Source: Mobula hypostoma (lineage: Eukaryota). From it: 64,000 nucleotides of DNA. Under the pieces are notes generated by a model. It made no database searches, was not told the origin of the DNA, and saw only the letters and a list, made by a program, of their open reading frames with translations. Below are positions 35,258 through 49,669 of the stretch, one piece after another. How positions within the stretch are numbered: position 1 is the stretch's first letter; every line of letters begins with the position of its first letter. Location of the stretch: contig NC_086108.1 in assembly GCF_963921235.1 (NCBI RefSeq), positions 29,452,001 to 29,516,000 on the forward strand, in the 5' to 3' direction. A program made the translations under genes and the position numbers.

Positions 35258-37770
35258 TAGACCATAAGATATAGGAGCAGAATTAGGCCATTTGGCCCAT
35301 CGTGTCTGCTCCACCATTTCATCATAGCTAATCCATTTTTCCTCTCAGCCCCAATCTGCTGCCTCGCTCTCCCTGTATCCCTTCATGCCCTGACTAATCA
35401 AGAATCTATCAACCTCTGCCTTAAATGTACATAAAGATTTGGCCTTCACAGCTGCTTGTGGCAAAGAATTCCACAGATTCACCACTCTCTGGCTAAAGAT
35501 ATTCCTCCTCATCTCCATTCTAAAAAGACGCTCCTCTATTTTGAGGCTGCATCCTCTCATCTGAGACACTCCTACCTCAGGAAACACCCTCTCCACATCC
35601 ACTCTATCAAGGGCTTTCACCATTTGATAGGTTTCAATAAAGTCATCCCTCATTCTTCTGAATTCCAGTGAATACAGGCCCAGAGACATCAAACATTCTT
35701 TATACGAGAAGCTGTTTAATCCTGGAATCATTTTCGTGAACCTCCTTTGAATCCTCTCCAGTTTCAGCACATCCTTTCTAAAATAAGGTGCTCAAACCTG
35801 CTCACAATGCTCCGTGAGGCTTCGCAAGTGCTTTATAAAGCCTCAACATTACATCCTTGCTTTTATATTCTAGTCCTCAAAATGAATGCAGACATTGTGG
35901 CCTTCCTCACTAAAGACTCAACCTGCAAATTAACCTTTAAGGACTCCCAAGTCCCTTTGCACCTCAGTTATTTGTATTTTCTCCCCATTTAGAAAATAGT
36001 TAATTTTTTCTGCTAAAGTGCATGATCATACACTTCCTGACACTGTATTCCATCTTCTGTTTCTTTACTTAATCTCCTCATCAATCTAAGTCATTCTGTA
36101 GCCTCACTACTTCCTCAAAACTACCTGCCCCTTCACCTTTCTTCGCAACGTCTGCAAAGTTTGCAACAAAGCAATCAATTCCATTATCCAAATCATTGAC
36201 ATATAACATAAAAAGGAAGGCCCCTAGACTGACCCCTGTGAAACACCAATAGTCACTGGCTGCCAACCAGAAAAGGTTCCCTTTATTCCCACTCTTTGCC
36301 ACCTGCCAATCAGCCACTGCTTCATCCATGCTAGAATCTTTCCTGTAATACTATGGGCTCATAGCTTGTTAAGCAGCCTCATGTGTGGCACCTTGTCAAA
36401 GGTCTTCTGAAAATCCAAGTACACAACATCAACTGATTCTCCTTTGTCTATTTTGCTTGTTACTTCTTCAGTGAATTCCAACAGATTTGTCAGGTAATAT
36501 TTTCCCTTGAGGAAACCATGCTAAGTATGGCCCATTTTATCATGTGCCTCCAAGTACCCCAAAACCACATCCTTAATAATCAACTCTAACATCTTCCCAA
36601 GCACTGAGCTCAGATGAACTGGCCTATAATTTCCTCTCTTCTGCCTCTATCTCTTCTTGAAGAGTGGAGTGACATTTGCTGATTGCAATTTTGCCCTATC
36701 ATCAGCCTCTCCTTGCTGGGAGTCTAACTACACATTGCCTCTGTTTGTAAACCAACTACCTCATCTTCAGCACTAACACTCCAGTTCTCATCCCCCAGCC
36801 AAATCAGTTTAAACCTACTCAAACAACTCTAGCCAACCTGTCAGCAAGGATATTGGTCCCCTCAGGTTTAGGTGTAACTTGTCCCTTTCCCCAGAAGAGA
36901 TCTCAATGATCCATAAATCTGAATCCCTGCCCCCCTGCACCATTTTCTCAGCTATGCATTTAGCTGTCAAGTCATCTTATTTTTACCCTCAATGGCACGT
37001 GGCACAGGCAGCAATCGAGAGATTACTACTTTGGAGGTTCTATTTTTCAGTTTTCTACCTGACTCCCTAAAATCTCTCTTCAGGACCTCTTCACCTTGTC
37101 TACCTATGTCACTGGTGCCAGTATGCACCAAGACCTGGCTACTCACCTTTGCTCTTGAGAATGCCAGGGTCCCGATCCAAGGCAACCCTGATTCTGGCAC
37201 CAGGAAGGCAACATACCATCTGGGTCTCTTTATAATACCCACAGAACCATGTCTCTGTTCCTCTGACTAAGGAATCTCCTATCCACACTGCAGTCTGTTC
37301 ACCTCTCTGCTCTTCTAAGTCACAGCATCAGAGACCTGGTCACTGAACTCACCTATTGTAGGTCGTCCCCTGAATAGTATCCAAATTTGGATGCTTTTTA
37401 TTGAGGGGAACAGTCACAGGTGTACTCTGAACTGGCTGTCCATTTCCCCTCCTTCTCCTGACAGTCATCCAGTTACCTGTCTCCTGCAATCGAGGGATGA
37501 CTACCTCCCTGCAGCCCCTGTCTATTACATCTTCATTCTCCCATATGAGCTGAAGGTCATCAAGCTGCAGCTTGTTCTTCAATACGTTCTCGCAGGAGCT
37601 GCAGCTCGGTGCACCTGGTGTAGTTGTGTTTTTCTTGGAGACCTCCAGTCTCCCAGACTTCCCACATCCCACGCATAGTACAAAACACTGCCCTGGAGCC
37701 ACTCTCACTATACTATGCACTGATAGATGAGGAATGAACAACTAAGAACAGCAAGAGAGAGAGAGAGAGA
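35258..37770 (-). mobile_element. CR1 LINE with ORF1 remnant (Zn finger plus SGNH esterase-like) and internally deleted ORF2
   Basis: ORF1: VLVHTGTSDIGRQGEEVLKRDFRESGRKLKNRTSKVVISRLLPVPRA. ORF2: LYVNDLD...VANFAD, LERIQRRFTKMIPGL and FSQRVVNLWNSLP. Tail reads accataagatatagg on the plus strand. Confidence 0.9.
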
Positions 37771-38469
37771 GAGTAATTTACAAGACAATTTTACCTCATC
37801 CAAGCCTGATGAGCCAAATACAAAGGATATTTCAAGTGTGTTTACATGTCATGTAAAATTCAGTACAGCACTAAACAAACTAACATTATGTAATTACTCA
37901 AAAGCTAGTTTTCAGATTGTTGCCACTTTAAGTGTCAACCATGGCTCAGTTGTTCATGTTCTATTCTCTTGAGTGAAAATGTAATTGGTTCAAATCTCAC
38001 TCGAATAATATGCCAATTATCCAGACCATTGCTGCAACGAACAACTGAAGGAGTAGAACCCTGTTGGAAATGTCTTCTGGGTGACACCTGAAAGTTTGTC
38101 TGCTTTCTTGGGCATATGTATAAATGGAACATCTGTATTATTAATCTAGATGCAAGAGCAGAACCAGGCTCACTTGCTGAACAACTCAATGTTCTCCATC
38201 AATGCACGATTCAAGTAAAGAACATGGTGAACTGCTCAGCCCAGTTGTAGCCTTTGGGAAACTCAACGCTCTCTGCGACATAGTGGCCTGCTGTAGTATA
38301 TGCTAAAATTGAAAGTTTGAAGACAACTATTGTCAGCTTGGGCTGTGGGAATAGCCTGAAAAAGTGCATGGACGCTGTTTTGAACATAATACAGTCCTCA
38401 ATTGCATGAGACACATCAGAACAGTATGGGCAGCTCTTCCGAGGCTTCAAGGTAATGTTGCAAAGGGGT

Positions 38470-38900
38470 TCTGGGGGAAAATTGCTTATTCCCCATGGAA
38501 GGTATCTACAATCAGAGTGACTGTTGTAGATATCATGTGAACAAAGTTGAAAACTACTCCATTCCTTTGCATTGCCATGCCAAAGATAATTAAATTCTAC
38601 ATGAAAGCAGGATTGAATGGTAGGGGTTGAATGGTATTTTGGAATTAGTTTTGGGAATCAGAGATTAGGTGTGTTTGGGTGGAATCTATTATGGTTGCTT
38701 TGTATTCTGTTGGAATGGGGGCCTGAGTGACCGTTTCATGGTCTGTAGCTTTGTCTTGAAAATTGTTCTTTATGAAATGACAGACTTGCAGAGAGCAAAA
38801 GGAGTTGGCAATCTGGAATAAGTTTTTTTGTATGAGTTGCAAAGTGATCTTTTGTTTAGAACATGGTTATTGCACATTTTTCAACATATTGCTCTTTTGC
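38470..38900 (-). mobile_element. Possible ancient L1-clade LINE fragment
   Basis: Minus reading LQLIQKNLFQIANSFCSLQVCHFIK weakly resembles the fish L1 ORF2 C-terminal F.QL..K..L...FFRYLQ.RHFI motif. Confidence 0.3.
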
Positions 38901-40288
38901 CGAGGAACACTGGCTAAGAACTTAATTAGTTTAATTTATTATTTATACACGTTAAAAGGGTTACCTGCCGTAAAGGTCACGGTGACATAACTGGAATTGA
39001 ATGTGAGCTGTCATCTATCTGTTTTTCCATAATTATAATGGAAGGGCTGGATTGATTGTGGAGTTGGTGAAAAGGTAAGCACAACATTGAGCACCAAAGG
39101 ACTCTGTGCTGTACTGTTCTATTTTCAATGAACATTTGTTATTCTAGCAATTTCTAAGAAGTATATGAATTAATGTTAAAAAAATTAGCTTGGGAGTAGT
39201 CTGAATGTGCCACAATTTTGGCAGCTTGTCATTATTAGAGCTAAATAATAATTATTCCTCTGGCTGATGAATATCAACAATGAGGTTAGATTTTATGAAG
39301 ACAACCATCCAATGTTGAGTCAACCCTCCTGGCATTCATGTTTAACAGCAGCATCACTGGCTGAAGTTGATACCATTCGATTAGTGTTTTATACACATTG
39401 TGGCAATAAGGAGGATGCTTGCAACGAAGAGGAAGGATTGAATTTGGGAAACATTGTGTTCCGGGTGACATATCAGGAGGTGCATTTACTGCATATAAAC
39501 CACTTTGGGATTGCATACGTGGTAATGGAATCCTTATTTCAATTGTTTAAGTCAGATGAAATTGAGGTTCATAATGGAGGGAAAGTGCATCACAGTTAAT
39601 CATGGATGTTATAATTGTTTGGAGATGATTTAGTGTTTGTTAGGGTCACCATTTTGATTGGGGAGCACCAAAAGAATTTTTAGCAAGGAGGAGCATAGAT
39701 TTGAGAAATGAGAGCATTTTCCAGGTGACTCTAACCAATGCTTTTCTTCATTCGGCGTGTGGATAATGATGTTCAGTTGGAAAGGGTGGGAATTGTATCT
39801 GAAAACATAGAACAGCAACAGGATCAGACCCTTTGGCCCACAATGTTGTGCCAAATTAATTAAACTAGTAATTAAATGCCCAACTAAACTAATTCCTTCT
39901 GACTACACAAAGTCCATACCTCTCCATTCTCTACGCTTTCATGTGCCTATTTTAAATAAATGTCCAAGCCTGGCAGTACTTTGAAAGCACACAAAGAAAA
40001 CTGAATACTGCACAGTAACCTGAGGGTAAGAGAAAATGAATAATTGTTTTCCTGTTATCAGTGCATTTATTGACAAGATTTGCTGGCGAGATGAAAACGG
40101 AGTTGGGAATGAGCATATAATTTCCCTGAAAACAGCATATTGGGTAACCAACACAATAGCATTTTACATGAACATCAGAGTCTGTTTGAAGAGGAAGGAT
40201 GGAGGATCTTTGGAATTTCTCCAAATAAAGGCAGAATACTTTCTCCAGCATGATGTGATTTTAAAATCACTCTTATCACGTGCTAGTA

Positions 40289-41896
40289 CAGGTCAACCTT
40301 CACTAATCCGGCACCAGTGGGACCCGAGGAGTGCCAGATTAGGGAAAATGCCGAATTACAGAAGGATCACATTAAGCAATAGCTAACCGCCTCATCATAT
40401 CTTTAAAATGTCATGTAAATCAGTACAGGTTAGATAATAATGAAACAGAAATATTAAATGAGTAGCAGGTGAAATTTTAATAAAGTAATATACTGTGCAG
40501 GCACAGATAAAATAAAGGGTACAGGTAAATGTACAGGAGTTAACTTATACAGAATAGTTGAGCACTTCCGCTTCTAAAGTGAGATGTTTAATATACCTTC
40601 AGGCAAAGTTACATGTCTGCAAGTGAGGGGTTGACAGGATCATCAACATCTTCATCTTAAAAAGTGAGTGAAGCATCAGGATCTGGTGCTGAAACTGGCA
40701 CAACAGTTTCTTCAAAAACTGTTGATGTTGGTGGCAGCACATCTGGGTGAGCAGAAGTTGATGGCACTGGATTTTGAAGTGTTAGCTCTCCTGTTCCACT
40801 TTTTCTAGCAAGTTTTTTGAACATATCTTCCAAGGTAAGCTGTTCCATATATTTTGGTCTCTCCGATTAGCTTATCCTGCAGCATATAAACACTCAATAT
40901 TTCTTGCTCAGTTATAAAACATCGTTGCTCTAATCCTTTCAGCCAATTCACCTGCCAACTTAATTAGCCTGTCAATAGAAAGTCTCTCTGCTAACAAAGT
41001 CACACAATTTGTCGATTCCTTATACCCTTTTGGCAATTCTGCATCTGCTGTTGTAGTGTTTTTCTTAGTGTACATCTCCAATGCAAAGCAGTCTCATCAG
41101 CATTGTACACCCGCTTGGGGCTTAATTTTTCATCGGAGACTAACTTGGCGAACTCGTCAACAAACTCTGCTGCTGCTTCCTTGTCTGCTGAACATTTTTC
41201 ACCACACACTGCAAACCATGCAAACTGTAAACCATGACTCTGCTTGAACCGATGAAGCCAGCCTTCACTATAGTCACACTTATAATCTAGTCCTAGTTCT
41301 TCATGAAACACTTTTGCTTGTTCCGTCACCATATCTCCGGATAGTTCAACACCTTCACTTACACGAAGATTAAACCACGTTATCGGCACTTTATCTAGTT
41401 CCGAACTTCTTCCGTCTTTCATTGTTTTTCTTACGCAAATCTGTTTCTTTGAGCCACTATCAGCAAAAAACATGTAGCAGTTTTTCTTTCTGTTTCTTTA
41501 TATCGTACACTGTGGAAGAGCCAATGTTATAACACTCGCGCAAGCTTTTCACCGATACACCACTGTCCAGTTTTTTCAAGAGTTCAACCTTATCTTTAAT
41601 GGATAATGGATAATGGTTTTTGCTTCACAACACGAGGTGCATTTCCTTTACTCACTGGGGCCATATGGGGCTAAAAAAGAGCCAATGATGTTAATAAATG
41701 CAGGAAAACAAGCAGGAATCACCTGTCTGTGCTTACAAGAGCGCGCCAACACGTGAATAGATCTAGCACAACCAAAACAATGCGCAGCAGATTGGCCCGG
41801 GAAATTTGAAATTACAGTTCCACAGAAAATTTGAAATCAGTGCCGGATTATCAAAGGAACCGGATTACAGGTAGTCGGATGAGTGAAGGTCGACTG
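40289..41896 (-). mobile_element. Tigger/pogo (Jerky-like) DNA transposon, internally deleted
   Basis: TIRs caggtcaaccttcactaatccg and cggatgagtgaaggtcgactg with TA on both sides. ORF 41000-41473 has a CENP-B-type HTH (ELDK....WF...SGDMV.EQAK...SEGWLHRFKQSHG) and VYNADETAL. Confidence 0.93.
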
Positions 41897-42306
41897 TATG
41901 ACAACTGAGTTTGGTTGACAGGGGAAATATCCTTTCACTTGCTCTCTGCCAGACTGCTGTAATGTCTTTTTTTAGAGTCAGATGACTTGGTAGGAATGGG
42001 ATGCAGATGATTGTCCACTCGGTGGATTGAGCTCAGAGGGAATAAATACAGTAGTAAAAGTAAAAGGCAGAGAATCTGATGAGGTGTGTTTAGGAGTTGA
42101 GCAGGGGAAGCTGGAAGTAGCTGTGGCTCAACAGCCAATGGGACGAGGAACAGGTACCAGTAGCTCAACAAATGGCTTAAGTCTTAGTGACAGAGAAGGT
42201 CATGGGCATCATTTGGAAGAACAATGGCGGTGTCCAGATATGCAAAGCTGATAGAGACCTAGCCACATAGACTTAAGGTGTAATTGCTCCCATAAATACT
42301 GACATG

Positions 42307-42521
42307 AAGGGGGTGAGTACCTATGCAATCAATTATTTTGTGTTTTATATTTGTAATTAATTTGGATCACTTTGTAGAGATGTGTTTTCACCTTGACATG
42401 AAAGAGTCTCTTTCTGTTGATTAGTGTCAAAAAAGCCAAATTAAGTCCACTGTGATTCAATGTTGTAAAACAATAAAACATGATAACTTCCAAGGGGAGT
42501 GAATACTTTTTATAGGCACTG
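42307..42521. mobile_element. Isolated TIR of the Tc1 family seen at 2942-4540
   Basis: Closely matches 4334-4540 and ends ATAGGCACTG followed by TA. Confidence 0.9.
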
Positions 42522-42523
42522 TA

Positions 42524-43021
42524 CACTCAGTGGCTACTTTATTAGGCACACCTGTACACCTGCTTGTTAATGCAAATATCTAATCAGCCAATCATGTGGC
42601 AGCAACTCAATGCATGCAGATGTGGTTAAAAGATTCAGACCAAATATTGGAATGGGGAAGAGATGTGATCTGAGTGATTTTGACCATAGAATAATTGTTG
42701 TTGCCAGGTGGGGTAGTTTGAATATCTCACAAACTGCTGATCTCCTAGGATTTTCATGTAAGTCTCAAGAGTTTAGAGAGAATGGTGTGTAAAATAAAAA
42801 GCATTCTGTGAATGAAAACACCTTGTTAATGAGAGAGGTCAGAGGAAAATGAGCAGTCTGGTTCAAGCTGACGGGATGGCGGTAATAACTCAAATAAACA
42901 CGCGTTACAACAGTGGTGTTCAGAAGAGCGTCTCTGAATGCGCAACACATCGAACATTGAAGTGGATGGGCTGCAGCAGCAGAAGACCATGAAAGTGGCC
43001 AAATAAACTGACGGCTGAGTG
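42524..43021 (+). mobile_element. Second Tc1-like non-autonomous element
   Basis: Starts TA|CACTCAGTGGCTACTTTATT and ends AATAAACTGACGGCTGAGTG|TA. Carries the N-terminal transposase remnant MGKRCDLSDFDHRIIVVARWGSLNISQTADLLGFS. Confidence 0.85.
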
Positions 43022-43189
43022 TATAGCAGATGCACTGATCTAAAGCAGCACCGGGACGCCTCTTTGCAACAGATTCTACTTAGAACCAAATTCACATATT
43101 AGATGTTTTGTATCAGCCAATTCACTGGTCAGTTAGGACAGTCTTGGACTTAGTGTAATTTAAAGAGGTGAGATCGGACTGACTGACAG

Positions 43190-44330
43190 TAGTAGCAAGC
43201 CAACATTTGACCAAGTGTAGCATCAAAAGCAGCCCTAGTAAAACTTCCTTCTCTGAGTGTCAAGGTAGAAATCTTCACCGGATATAGTCATACCTCACAC
43301 AAAGGATGGTTGGGATTCAACCATCACTGCAGGACATCACTACAGAAGTCCCTGAGGGCATTTTTCTTGGACTTTCAACTCTTCATGAGTTACCTTCCAA
43401 CCGTAAGGTCCGAATTGAGATGCTCACTGATAGTTGCATAATGTTTGATTCCATTCATGACTCTCCTGAAAGTGATGCAGTCCATTCCTGCATGTAGCAA
43501 AAGCAAGATGAAATTCATCCATGGGCTGATTAGTGGAAAACAATTCTCATGCCACAGGAACACCAGGCAGTGACCATAGCTGGTGTAAGAATACTTCATT
43601 AGCTACCCTTGATGTTTCATGGTATCACCATCACTGATATCCCAGGGGCCAGATTTGATCACAACCAGAGTGTCTCATCACCTCCTCTTGACATTTCATG
43701 ATATCACCATCACTGATGCCCCAGGGCTTAGATTTGATCAGAAATTTAACTGTACCAGACAAAGTTTTATACTGTGGCTACACAAGCAGGTCAGAAGCTG
43801 GATATGCTGCTGTGAGTGACTTGCTTGCTTATTTCCTCAAAGACAATTTATGAAACTAAAGGCAGGATTGTAATGGAATGCTTTCTACTTGCCCAGATTG
43901 AATTTATCTCCAAAAACATTTCAACATCGCTTAGGATAGAGAAGCCTGCTTAACTGGTACTACATCCACCATCTTGTATATTCATTTCCTCTTGTGTCAC
44001 CACACAATGACTGCAGTGTGTGCCATCTACAAAATTCACGACAGTTACTTTGACCCTCCCAAGCCCACTAATTCGACCGCCCAGAAGGATAAAAGTCACA
44101 AGGGCATGGGAATACTGCTTAGTTGCCCTTAAAGTTGTACATCATTCTAAGTTGGAAATGCATTGCCATTTGGTTTATATGATGGTTCTACTTCACCGAC
44201 AACACAGTGGAAGTAGCTTCTCTAGAAAGGTGATAGCAATTTGGGAAAGTAGCTTCCTGTCACCTTCGCATGGGCGGTTAGGAATTGTAAGTGGCAGGTC
44301 CCATCAATCTAGTGAAGGTGGTTAAGTTAT
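43190..44330 (+). mobile_element. Old, highly decayed CR1/L2-group LINE RT fragment
   Basis: Remnants resembling AFD.VW (acatttgaccaagtgtag), EVPEGIFLG (GVPQGS.LG-like) and MLTDSC (FADD-like). Confidence 0.55.
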
Positions 44331-46048
44331 AAACATATGGTGTAAGGCACAGTGCAATAATGGAATGTCAGGTCACTTTGTATGCATTACTGTGAATTCA
44401 GCTCTATGAAACCTCCTCCCCTGTTAAGTTTCTACTCCATAAATCAGTAAGACTGAAGAAGGAATAGCGATGACAAAAATCAATTTTCCTCTCAGTTAAA
44501 AAAAACATCTGTGGTAAAGCCACAAAAAGTATGGTTATTGTTGTGTTGTTAACTCATTGGTCAGTCAACAAACTCGAAGCACTAAACAGTGTTATCATTC
44601 TACACAATAGGTACATTTAAAAAGAACAAGAATACCAAATAAATCAACTGATGTGAATAAGCATCATACAATGATCAAAATTAATTACAATCTGCTGGTG
44701 TTTATTCACCTCCATATCTGCCCAGAGCAAGCAATAACATTACTAAGATTTACTGAAGTTTACCAAGTTTAACTTTTATGATCCAAACACTAATATTTGT
44801 GGCTTTTGTATACTCCTTTAACAGGCCAGTGGCTATGTGATGACCAGTTTGTTATAGACAGAGGCAAGTACTTAAATGCGTAAACAAGTCACATCATGGC
44901 AAATTAGATGATCACATCTATTGCTTTACATAAGTAGGGACCCTGACCTTTTCTTCCTGTTATTTATTGTGCTGGCACATAATTCTAGTCAGATGCTGTG
45001 TTTTTTTCATATTTGCATTGTTTTACTGAGTAATATAATCCTCTCATCTAAGGCCACCTTGTACCTTTGACTTTTATCTGGTATTTTGGATCTCCAATTA
45101 ATGGCCCATTGCAGATAAAAATGTACAGGTTCATTATAGAGAATAGAGATTGAAAGAAAATTTACTGCACACAAAAACAGGCAATATAAAAAAAGTTATA
45201 TAGTTATACTGGTTAAACACCTAAGTTGATGTGATCTTTCATTGATGATATTATTATTATTATTCTATTATGGATATATTGAGTATGCCCACAAGAAAAT
45301 GAATCTCATGGTTGTGTATAGTGACATATAGGTACTTCGGTGATAAATTTACTTTGAACTGTGAACTTTTAATGTAAACTTAACATAAATCCTCCATGTC
45401 GTACACAACAATAATAAACATTATTAGTGCAAATTGAGAGAGAGAGAAAAGCAATAGTTAGAGGTCACGCTAGAGATTGTCAGTTCAGTTCAGTTCAGGC
45501 CTCTGTAGCTCCTGCCTAATGGCAGCACTGACAAGGGAGCATGGTGGGGATCTCTGATGATGCATACCACTTTCCTCTTGTAGATGTTCTTGATCATGGG
45601 GAACTAGGCATTAAGTCTGATACCACTTCTCTCTCTTGACTTTTTCCTCTACATTTTTCTCTACATTTCTTATTGTACATGGGGATTGCTAACCATCTAT
45701 ACGCCTCCATCTCCCACTTATCATTCTCTTTTCCTGTGTAACACAAGCATCTCTAACATTGAAACCTAAAATTGATTCAACAGCATGAACCACAATAAAA
45801 AGACATAAATAATAAAAGCCACCTCCAAAAAATATGAACTACCCATGAAATCCAGGTGCTGAGATTCCAACAACCTATTAATACAATTTAACCATGGACA
45901 AATGTGGTTAAACTTCTTGCTCTTAAGAGTAAAACCTAAAACAGGAGGAGAGCCTTGTTTATTTCTGCAAATGAGTATATTGTTTTTCAGTAGGGAATTG
46001 ACAACCTCAGATATTTAGAGGCATAGCTAGCAGAACTGGTACCTTATA

Positions 46049-48197
46049 AAAGTTCAAGGTATAATTTATTATCAGAGGACATACACGTTCCTGCACACAA
46101 CCCTGAGATTCTTTTTCTGCAGGCATAATTAGCAAATCTATAGAACAGTATCTGTAAACTATAAACACCAGGAGCTGTAAGCTGTGCAAATGCAGATATA
46201 AATAAATAGCAATAAATAATGAGCTTGAAATAACAATATAACAGAGTCCTTAAATGAGTGTAACTATTCCCTTTGGTGCAAGAGCCTGATGGTTGAGGGG
46301 TAGTAACGGTTCTTGAACCTGGTGGTGCGAGTCCTGAGGCTCTTGTACCTTCTACCTGATGGCAGCACTGAGCAAAGAGCATGGCCTGGGTAGTGAGGAT
46401 CTTTGATGATGGATGCTGCTTTTCTATGGCCACATTTCATGTAGATGTTCTCAATGGTTGGGAGAGTTTTACCCGTGATATACTGGGGAGAATCCACTAC
46501 CTTTTGTAGGATTTCCCACTCAAAGACATTGGTATTCCCATACCAGACTGTAATGGAGCCAGTCAGCATACTTTCCACCACACATCTATAGAGGTTTGCC
46601 AAGGTCTTCGATGACATGCCAAACCTCTGCAGAGTACTGAGGAAGTAGAGGTCCTGTCGAGCTTTCTTTACAATTATGTTTATATGATGGGCCCAGGACA
46701 GGTCCTCTGAAATAGTGACACCCAGGAATTTAAAGTTACTGACCCTCTGATGATTACTGGCTCATGGACCTCTGGTTTCCCTCTCCTGAAGTCTACGATC
46801 AGTTCCTTGGTCTAATTAGCACTGAATGAGAGGTGGTTGTTATTACACCACACAGCCAAGTTTCCAGTCTTCCTCCTGTATGCTGATTCACCACCCCCGT
46901 TGATACAGCTCACATCAGCAATCTTGTATATGGTGTTGGAGCTATACTTAGCCACACAGTCATATCTGTAAAATGAGAAGAGCAGTGGGTTAAGTACACA
47001 TCCCAGTGGTGCGTCTGTGCTGATGAAGGTTGTGGAGGAGATATTTTTGCCAATCTGAACTAACCGGGGTCTACAAGTGAGGAAATTCAGGATCCAATTG
47101 CAGAAGGTGTATGTATTGAGACTCAGGCCTTGGAGTTTACTAATTAGTTTTGAGGGGATGATGGTATTAAATGCTGAGTTGTAATCAATAAAAGGGCATC
47201 CTGTTGTATACATCTTTGCTGTCCAGATATTCCAGAGTTGTGTGAAGAGCCAACGAGACAGCATCTGCTGTAGACCTGTTGCTTCAGTAGGTGAATTGGA
47301 GCGGTTCTAAATCACCATTCAGACAGGTGGTGATATACTTCAACACTAGCCTCTCAAAACACTTCATCACTGTGGATGTAAGTACCACAGGGCAACAGTC
47401 AGAGTCAGGTTACCACACTCTTCTTGGGCACTGGTATGATTGAATCCTGCTTGAAGCACGTGGCTACCACACACTGCCAGAGTGAGAGGTTGAAGATATC
47501 TATGAATATTCCATCCAGTTGATCAGCAAAGTCTTCAGTATTCGGCCAGGTGCTCCGGCCAGACCGGATGCTTTCCTTGGATTCACTGTCTTGAAGGGAG
47601 CCCGCATATCAAATTCAGAAACTGAGATCAAAGGATCATTGAGAGACATGGGGGTGCACGATGGTTCTTCCTTGTTCTGGTGGTCAAAGTGAGCATAGAA
47701 GACATTGAGCTCACCTGGAAGCAAAGCTCTGCTGTCCCCTATGTCACAAGATTTAGCTTTGTTGGAAGTCATTGCATCCAAACCCTGCCACAGCTGTCGA
47801 GCAGCCGTGAATCTATCAATGGAGTCTAGTCTAGTCTAGTCCGGAATCTCCACTTTGCCCGAGAGATGGCTTTTCAGAGATCATACTGCACCTCTTGTAG
47901 CATTCTTGATCTCCAAACTTGAATGCCTCTGATCTGGATTTCATGGGGATAATCCTGAATGATTTTGTGGGGACAGATCATCCACAGCTGTTTGAATAAC
48001 GTCTGTAACCACGCTGGTGTAGTCACTCAGGTCCTCAGATGAGTTTTTGAACAGGACCCGGTCCACTGACTCAAGGCAATCCTGTAACCATTCCTCAGCA
48101 TCCCGCAACCCCCTCTTGGTTGTTGTGATCTCTGAGGACTTGCTCTTTAGGCTCTGTCTGTATACAGGTAGCAGGAGTACAGCCAAACGACTCAGCA
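46049..48197 (-). mobile_element. Rex1/Babar-type LINE, long frameshifted ORF2 remnant
   Basis: [68 protein letters not shown] and KAASIIKDPHYPGHALCSVLPSGRRYKSLRTRTTRFKN. Confidence 0.92.
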
Positions 48198-48344
48198 AGT
48201 GGAGTTTAATCCCAAATCACCTATGCCGTCTGTCTGGGGATTGCATGTTTACTCTGCGAATGAAATAGGATTTGTGTAGGTCATTGCTCAGCACATCATG
48301 AAGACCAGCATCCCCTTTATAGGTTATTTTTTCACATTGCTGCC

Positions 48345-48752
48345 TAGGTAAAACAACCAGCATAATCTAAGAACCTCCAACCCCCAACCCCCTCGAGACA
48401 TTCTTGTCTCTCCCTCCTCCCATCAGACAGAAGATACAAAAGTGTGAAAGCAAGTACAGCAGGCTCAAGGACAGCTTTTCTCCTGCTGATATAAACTATT
48501 GAACTGCCTCTTGAATAATAATATAGACTATTGATTTTACAGTCTACCTCACCATGGCCTTGCACCTTGCTGTTTACCTGCACTGGACTTTCTCTGTAAC
48601 TTTAGCACAACATTCTACATTCTCTTTTTTTTAACCCCTTGCACTACCTTGATATGCTGATGTTGTGGAATGACCTGTATTGATAGCATGCAAACAAATT
48701 TTTTCACTGTACCTCGGTACTTGTGACAATAATAAACCAATTATCAATTCAA
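48345..48752 (+). mobile_element. Rex1/Babar-type 3' fragment
   Basis: ctcccatcagacagaagatacaaaagtgtgaaagca encodes LPSDRRYKSVKA; tail gtgacaataataaacc. Confidence 0.7.
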
Positions 48753-49669
48753 TGTTGTGCTTTAAGATTACTGATCAACATGGACCCAGTGGGCAAAAGG
48801 TCCTCTTTCTATGCCATACGGCTCTATGAAGAAATGCTTCTGTTCCCCACATTCTTGCCTATCTGCTGACATTTATATTGTGACAAATACGGAAATTATT
48901 TTCCTCTTGTATTGATGTGCAGCCTGGGCTTTTTTGCCCTCATTTCCTCCCATCCATTATTACCCTTTGGTTCCCTTCTCTATTGTGTAGGGAATGGACA
49001 GCCAATGGACAGTTGGGGTAGTCCAGATGGTAAGAATGTTGGATGCTGTCATAGGATAAAAGTTTGTGTATAAAAAGATTGAGATCATATTGACAGGACC
49101 TGAAGTCACACTTTATGATCTGTAAATGTGCTTACAAATAATAGATGCAAAGCAATAATTCACATACTGGAGCTGGCAACTGTATTCCGGTTTCTTTCCT
49201 GTTCTTCTTTTCTCCCAACCCATTAATCTTTGTAGATCAGTAACTCAGGGGGCAAGAGGGTACATCCTGCATATCCTCCATTGACAGACGAGAGGAGGGC
49301 AAAGTGCTTTGATCATTAGAGGCTTTTGTCTATTCATTGGTTGAAAATATACTTTCAAGTGTTCAACAGAAAATTGTTCAGAACCATTCTCGATTGCAGT
49401 CCCAGTAAGCCTTCTGTTTTCAATATTCAAGTGTTAAAAGAGTCCTGATATCCCTTCTAGTCTTTTGTATGAACCTAGTCTTTGATTTCTTTAACATTTC
49501 TACATGACCTTCTAGTGTAAAGTGTATGATAGGGCATTTATTCCAAGAAAATCTTTTTTTTAATTTTTGATCAGATTAATGCATTTACACTAAATTAATG
49601 TCTGCTGCTGTTTTTCTTAAGAGAATAATTGAACTGCTTTGTAATCTTCTGATTTCAAGTTATGGAACA

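Noticed and set aside
38150..38460. 79-aa minus ORF in apparently unique DNA
   Set aside because: No recognisable motif, near-cognate start and no convincing splice signals.
39267..39599. 110-aa plus ORF as a possible nested gene or exon 2
   Set aside because: No galactosyltransferase or other recognisable motifs; the length is within chance expectation for 64 kb.
41000..41473. Domesticated Jerky/TIGD host gene
   Set aside because: It lies between TIRs with TA flanks, is frameshifted and lacks most of the DDE domain.
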